Source: Patescibacteria group bacterium (GTDB lineage: Bacteria > Patescibacteriota > Minisyncoccia > Phycocordibacterales > PALSA-1337). Taken from it: a stretch of DNA of 49,850 bases. The notes beneath the pieces are model-generated. The model ran no database searches. It saw only the letters and a program-made list of their open reading frames with translations, and had not been told where the DNA came from. Position numbers and translations under genes: made by a program. Positions within the stretch are counted from its first letter, which is position 1; every line of letters starts with the position of its first letter. This document shows positions 45,276-49,850 of this stretch, piece by piece. The stretch is from positions 1 to 49,850 of the forward strand of contig JAZKDJ010000001.1 of assembly GCA_040387635.1 (NCBI GenBank), given 5' to 3'.

Positions 45276-46356
45276 GATTGATCGCATATTTCTCGCTATC
45301 GTTGTCCTGCTTACGGTTGGCGGGTTTTTTATCTTTTCTTCAGCATCACTAGGATTGGTAGCTCGTGATGGGGCTCAGATTGGTTCAGTTACATTCAACC
45401 AGCTCTTAAGTCTTTGTCTTGGAGCTGCCGCTTTTTTCATAGCATCCAGAATTAAATATACGTATTGGAAAAAGTACTCGTTCTATATTTTCATTGGAGC
45501 CTTACTTGTTAACCTGCTTATCTTCATTCCTGGACTCTCCCTAACGCACGGAGGAGCAACACGATGGATAGACCTTGGATTCTTTACATTCCAACCTTCG
45601 GAACTCTTGAAAATCGCATTCATTATCTACTGTGCTGCATGGCTGTCATCGCTGAAGGATAAGATTACGACGTGGAAAACAGGACTGGCCCCGTTCATCC
45701 TCATGACCGGTGTCATTGGATGCCTTCTCATAGCGCAATCAGACACAGACACGCTTGTTGTCATACTGACATCGGGCCTCGCTATGTTCATTGTGGCAGG
45801 AGCGAAATGGAAGCATATAGCACTACTCATTCTCCTAGGCCTTATAAGCATCAGTATGATTGCATACGTGCGGCCATATGCGCGTGAGCGAATCATGACC
45901 TTCATCAATCCAGCGGCTGATCCACTAGGATCCGGATACCAGATCCAGCAATCGCTCATTGCTATTGGATCAGGAAGAATTACAGGTAGAGGCTTCGGAC
46001 AAAGCGTTCAGAAGTTCAATTATCTGCCTGAACCCATCGGAGACTCGATTTTTGCAGTAGCAGCTGAGGAATTCGGGTTCTTGGGAAGCCTTGTCATCGT
46101 TGGGCTTTTCTTAGGACTAGCCATTCACGGATTCAAAATCTCGACTAAGGCACCCGATGTCTTCAGTGGACTCATGGTCATAGGCATTGTTATACTTGTA
46201 TCCGTAGAGTCGTTTATGAACATTTCGGCCATGTTGGGAATCACGCCACTATCCGGCATGCCCCTACTTTTCGTAAGTCATGGAGGAACAGCACTTATCA
46301 TGGTGCTTGGAGCAGTAGGAATCATCGCAAATATTTCCAGATACACTAGAACATAA
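45256..46356 (+). CDS. ftsW: SEDS peptidoglycan polymerase FtsW (RodA not excluded)
   Basis: GATRWI, FQPSELLK, GYQI.QS..AIGSG, LPEP..D.IF....EE.G, PL.S.GG; directly upstream of murG. Confidence 0.85.
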   Translation: MATKLHRIDRIFLAIVVLLTVGGFFIFSSASLGLVARDGAQIGSVTFNQLLSLCLGAAAFFIASRIKYTYWKKYSFYIFIGALLVNLLIFIPGLSLTHGGATRWIDLGFFTFQPSELLKIAFIIYCAAWLSSLKDKITTWKTGLAPFILMTGVIGCLLIAQSDTDTLVVILTSGLAMFIVAGAKWKHIALLILLGLISISMIAYVRPYARERIMTFINPAADPLGSGYQIQQSLIAIGSGRITGRGFGQSVQKFNYLPEPIGDSIFAVAAEEFGFLGSLVIVGLFLGLAIHGFKISTKAPDVFSGLMVIGIVILVSVESFMNISAMLGITPLSGMPLLFVSHGGTALIMVLGAVGIIANISRYTRT

Positions 46357-46359
46357 TTT

Positions 46360-47487
46360 ATGAAAATACTTTTTACAGGCGGAGGCTCAGGTGGACATTT
46401 TTATCCAATTATTGCCGTCGCACAGTCCATCACTCAATACTCGAAAGAGCACAAGCTTCTTCCGCCAACTCTTTATTACATGGCGCCAAGCAAATATAAT
46501 CCTCGAGCGCTTTTTGACAATGAGATTATTTTCGTAGGCATTCCAGCTGGAAAAATCAGACGGTATTTCTCAATCCTTAATTTCTTCGATCTTTTTACAA
46601 CAGCATACGGAATCGTTATGGCTGTGATCAGAATGTTTAGTATCTATCCAGATGTTGTATTTGGAAAAGGAGGCTACGCAAGCTTTCCAGCACTCGTTGC
46701 CGCAAGACTCCTTAAGATTCCAGTTATCATCCACGAGTCAGACAGCGAGCCAGGAAGGGTAAACAAGTGGGCAGGAAAGTTTGCTCAGAAGGTCGCCATC
46801 TCATATCCTGATTCAGCGCAGTTTTTCGATCCTAAGAAAGTAGCAATGACAGGATGCCCGATCAGAAGGGATATCATTATGCCGTTGCACCAGGGTGCAC
46901 ATGAGTTCTTGAAGCTTGATCCATCTATACCTACCATTTTCATTATTGGAGGATCACAGGGATCACAAAAAATTAACGATCTCGTTATCGACAGCGTAGC
47001 AACACTCGTGAAGAGCTATCAAATCATCCATCAGACTGGCCGTGCGAATTTCAATGAGGTTCAGCAAACTGTAGGAGTGGTTCTCAAAGACAATCCAAAC
47101 GCTGACAGGTACCAGCCTTTTGATTATATGAATGATCTCGCTATTCGAATGGCTTCAGGAGCTGCATCTGTTGTTGTATCCCGAGCAGGCTCTACCATAT
47201 TCGAGATTGCAGCTTGGAAACTACCTTCTATCATAATTCCTGTACCAGAAAGCGTTAGTCATGATCAGACAAAGAACGCCTTCTCATATGCTCGAAGGGG
47301 AGCCTGCGTGGTTATGGAAGAGAAGAATCTTGCGTCACATGTGTTTATCTCCGAAATCAATCGCATAGTTTCAAACCCAGATATTCAAAACGTCATGAAG
47401 GAAGCGGCAGGTTCGTTTACTCAGCTCGGCTCAGCAGACAAGATAGCGAGGGTGTTGCTCGACACTGCTCTAGAGCACGAGAAGTAA
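46360..47487 (+). CDS. murG: MurG glycosyltransferase
   Basis: TGGGSGGHFYP, FGKGGYASFP, IHESD..PG..N, GGSQG, SRAGST. Confidence 0.93.
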   Translation: MKILFTGGGSGGHFYPIIAVAQSITQYSKEHKLLPPTLYYMAPSKYNPRALFDNEIIFVGIPAGKIRRYFSILNFFDLFTTAYGIVMAVIRMFSIYPDVVFGKGGYASFPALVAARLLKIPVIIHESDSEPGRVNKWAGKFAQKVAISYPDSAQFFDPKKVAMTGCPIRRDIIMPLHQGAHEFLKLDPSIPTIFIIGGSQGSQKINDLVIDSVATLVKSYQIIHQTGRANFNEVQQTVGVVLKDNPNADRYQPFDYMNDLAIRMASGAASVVVSRAGSTIFEIAAWKLPSIIIPVPESVSHDQTKNAFSYARRGACVVMEEKNLASHVFISEINRIVSNPDIQNVMKEAAGSFTQLGSADKIARVLLDTALEHEK

Positions 47488-47598
47488 AATGGCATAATAT
47501 GGCCGTATTCATTCTTTTTTAACCGTGTATGATATACTTTATCGTACAGAAAGATGAGACATTATTAGCCATTTATTCAGCTTAATTTTAAATAATAT

Positions 47599-48087
47599 AT
47601 GAATCCAAACAGCGGTATCAGACCATGGCAGTGGATCGTAGGAGTAATCGTTATCATCGCGATTATTATATTTATCATAGTTACCTGGGGCAAAAATAAG
47701 ACTCAGGACGTGACACCAAACACAGCTAACAACGGTTCTCAGATCTTTAGCCAGAGAATTGTAATTGCTGACCAGTTTCCAGGCAATATTGTTTATTTAA
47801 CATCAGTAGAAGCGGCAGAGCCAAGCTTCGTCGCAATTTATGCTGATAACGGAGGACAGCCAGGAGCTCTTCTTGGAAGCACAGCTTTCTCAAGCGGCAT
47901 CAACCCAGGCAAAGTAAATCTTACGCAATCAACACTCGATGGCAGAACTTACTACGCCGTTCTCTACAAAGATAACGGGGATCAGGTATTCAACCCTTCA
48001 ACCGACACTGTCGTAAAGGATGCACAGGGAAATGACGTCATCAAGTCGTTCAAGGCAGACTCAAATCTTTCAGAAGACAAAGGATAA
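47599..48087 (+). CDS. Membrane-anchored surface protein with an Ig-like beta domain
   Basis: N-terminal TM followed by a beta-rich domain (FVAIY.D.GG.PG..LG, Y.AVLYKDNGD..F). Confidence 0.65.
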   Translation: MNPNSGIRPWQWIVGVIVIIAIIIFIIVTWGKNKTQDVTPNTANNGSQIFSQRIVIADQFPGNIVYLTSVEAAEPSFVAIYADNGGQPGALLGSTAFSSGINPGKVNLTQSTLDGRTYYAVLYKDNGDQVFNPSTDTVVKDAQGNDVIKSFKADSNLSEDKG

Positions 48088-48089
48088 TT

Positions 48090-49415
48090 ATGATAGTTAC
48101 ACGCTTCGCCCCATCACCAACCGGACTCTTGCATGCCGGAAATTACAGAACCGCTCTATTCGCATATCTTTTCGCAGTTAAAAATGGCGGCAAGTTTCTT
48201 TTGCGAATTGAAGACACAGACAAAGCACGTTCCAAGAAAGAATTTGAGGATAATATTCTAGAAAGCCTTGCGTGGCTCGGCCTCGGCTACGAAGGACTTT
48301 GCAGGCAGTCCGAAAGAACAGCTATCTATACTTCTTACATTAAGAAGCTCATTGATGCTGACAAGGCCTACATATCAAAAGAAGAGATCAAGAACGAAGG
48401 GGACAGGGCAGAGGTGATTAGGTTCAGAAACCCAGGAAAGAAAGTTTCGTTCAATGACGTCATTCGAGGAAAAGTTGAATTCGATACTACTGAATTAGGT
48501 GACTTCGTTATCGCACGAAGCATGGAAGAACCTGTTTTTCATTTGGCTGTGGTTGTAGACGACTTTGAAATGGGTGTGACGCACGTTCTCAGAGGGGAAG
48601 ACCACATCTCAAATACGCCCCGCCATATTCTTATTCAAGAAGCTCTTGGCTTCCCAGTGCCGAGCTATGCCCACCTACCACTACTTCTTTCAACTGACCG
48701 TTCGAAGCTCTCGAAGCGCAAGGGTGCACTTCCAATCACAGCATACAGAGACCAAGGTTTCCTCAAAGAAGCCATCGTCAACTACATGGCCCTTCTAGGA
48801 TGGAATCCAGGAACAACTCAAGAGATATTGAGCATGGATGAGCTTGTTAAGCTTTTTGATCTTGAACAAATTCAAAAGAGCGGTGCTGTATTCAGCGAAG
48901 AGAAAATTAAGTGGGTGAACAAGCAGTACATCAACAAAATGTCCGATGCTGATTTCAAGGCGTATGCAATGAAATTTATTCCTGAAAATTCTCCAATTCC
49001 AGCAGCCAAACTTGAGAGAATCATTCCTGTACTCAAAGACAGAATTCATACGTTTGGAGAGGTAACAGAATTGCTATCACCTACAGGAGAACTTGGTTCA
49101 CTTTGGACTAGCCCTTCTTTCGAAAAAGAGAAGCTCCTTTGGAAGCAGGACAGCGACCTATCAGTACCCAAATCTCATCTAGCCCATATCGCATCAGTGC
49201 TTGAAGGCTTGAGTGAAGAAACATTTGCTTCACCTGAGACGGTCAAGCAAACCCTTTGGGGCTACGCAGAAGAAAAAGGCCGAGGAAGCGTCCTCTGGCC
49301 GATGCGCTTCTCACTATCAGGAAAAGAGAAATCACCTGATCCGTTCACGCTCGCGCACATCCTTGGCAAGGAAGAAACGATTTCTCGCATCAAGCGGGCA
49401 CATGACATTCTTTAG
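48090..49415 (+). CDS. gltX: Glutamate--tRNA ligase
   Basis: TRFAPSPTG.LHAGN, RIEDTD, THVLRGEDH.SNT, KLSKR. Confidence 0.96.
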   Translation: MIVTRFAPSPTGLLHAGNYRTALFAYLFAVKNGGKFLLRIEDTDKARSKKEFEDNILESLAWLGLGYEGLCRQSERTAIYTSYIKKLIDADKAYISKEEIKNEGDRAEVIRFRNPGKKVSFNDVIRGKVEFDTTELGDFVIARSMEEPVFHLAVVVDDFEMGVTHVLRGEDHISNTPRHILIQEALGFPVPSYAHLPLLLSTDRSKLSKRKGALPITAYRDQGFLKEAIVNYMALLGWNPGTTQEILSMDELVKLFDLEQIQKSGAVFSEEKIKWVNKQYINKMSDADFKAYAMKFIPENSPIPAAKLERIIPVLKDRIHTFGEVTELLSPTGELGSLWTSPSFEKEKLLWKQDSDLSVPKSHLAHIASVLEGLSEETFASPETVKQTLWGYAEEKGRGSVLWPMRFSLSGKEKSPDPFTLAHILGKEETISRIKRAHDIL

Positions 49416-49850
49416 AAGCAACCGAAGACTCCATATCCTGAAACAGTTCATAGCTATCCCAGCCATCCTAGGAATTACCACTCTGAGCATTACAAGTGGG
49501 CAATTTTCCTATAATATATCTAAACCAAAAACTGTTGAAGCTCAGGTCAACGCTGCTGCCATAAACGAGCAAATCAACCGCAAGAACGCGGAGATCAAGC
49601 AGCTCGAAGCCGAGATTTCTCAATATCAGAAGCAAATTGAAATCATAGGCAAAAGCGCATCATCGCTCTCCTCAGCTCTTTCATCCTTGGATCTTACTCA
49701 GAAGAAACTCAATGCCGATCTCCAGCTCACACAGAAGAGAATCGACAAGGTTGAACTCGACATCAACAATCTTTCAAAAAATATCGGCAACCAGACCGAG
49801 AGTATTGAAGACGCTCGGATAAGTTTGAGCAAGCTCATGCAGACGTTGCG
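49402..49850 (+). CDS. Secreted coiled-coil protein, 3'-truncated (EnvC/CwlO-like N-terminus)
   Basis: ATG overlaps the end of gltX; MTFFRSNRRLHILKQFIAIPAILG..., then a long heptad coiled coil; open to the window end. Confidence 0.65.
   Translation, partial: MTFFRSNRRLHILKQFIAIPAILGITTLSITSGQFSYNISKPKTVEAQVNAAAINEQINRKNAEIKQLEAEISQYQKQIEIIGKSASSLSSALSSLDLTQKKLNADLQLTQKRIDKVELDINNLSKNIGNQTESIEDARISLSKLMQTL

Noticed and set aside
1-49850. CRISPR arrays, IS elements, prophage genes, and the many other short antisense ORFs in the track
   Set aside because: No regularly spaced repeats, transposase, integrase or phage structural cluster seen; the short ORFs overlap well-supported genes.

Overview
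This window looks like core chromosome of a small-genome Patescibacteria/CPR (Parcubacteria-like) bacterium. That assignment is inferred from gene content, the short AlaRS, the Nudix-carrying LeuRS and the near absence of Shine-Dalgarno sites. It holds the 3' part of tRNA-Ala(UGC); a DedA protein, an ABC permease/ATPase pair, zwf, ychF, leuS, mltG, mnmA, a family-4 UDG, pepF and alaS; the infA-rpmJ-rpsM-rpsK-rpsD-rpoA-rplQ-rplM-rpsI cluster; an interrupted grpE-dnaK-dnaJ cluster; and trpS, folC, aspS, scpAB, ftsW, murG and gltX. Self-contained accessory genes sit between the core genes. No CRISPR array, integrase or transposase was seen. The strongest novel candidate is a 104-aa cytoplasmic ORF directly upstream of dnaK. 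It ends in an arrest-peptide-like tail (FISQPT-RAP-STV), and its stop codon lies in a hairpin that closes 3 nt before the dnaK AUG. This is the secM-secA layout, but linked to a chaperone gene. Other candidates are a ~360-nt multi-hairpin RNA between aspS and scpA, a ~100-nt sRNA next to ychF, a duplicated covarying ~95-nt RNA element flanking dnaJ, a tandem alpha-CTD protein, a tandem SEC-C microprotein, a long DHS-like enzyme and an ATP-cone nuclease. All product calls are motif recognition by eye; no database search was run.
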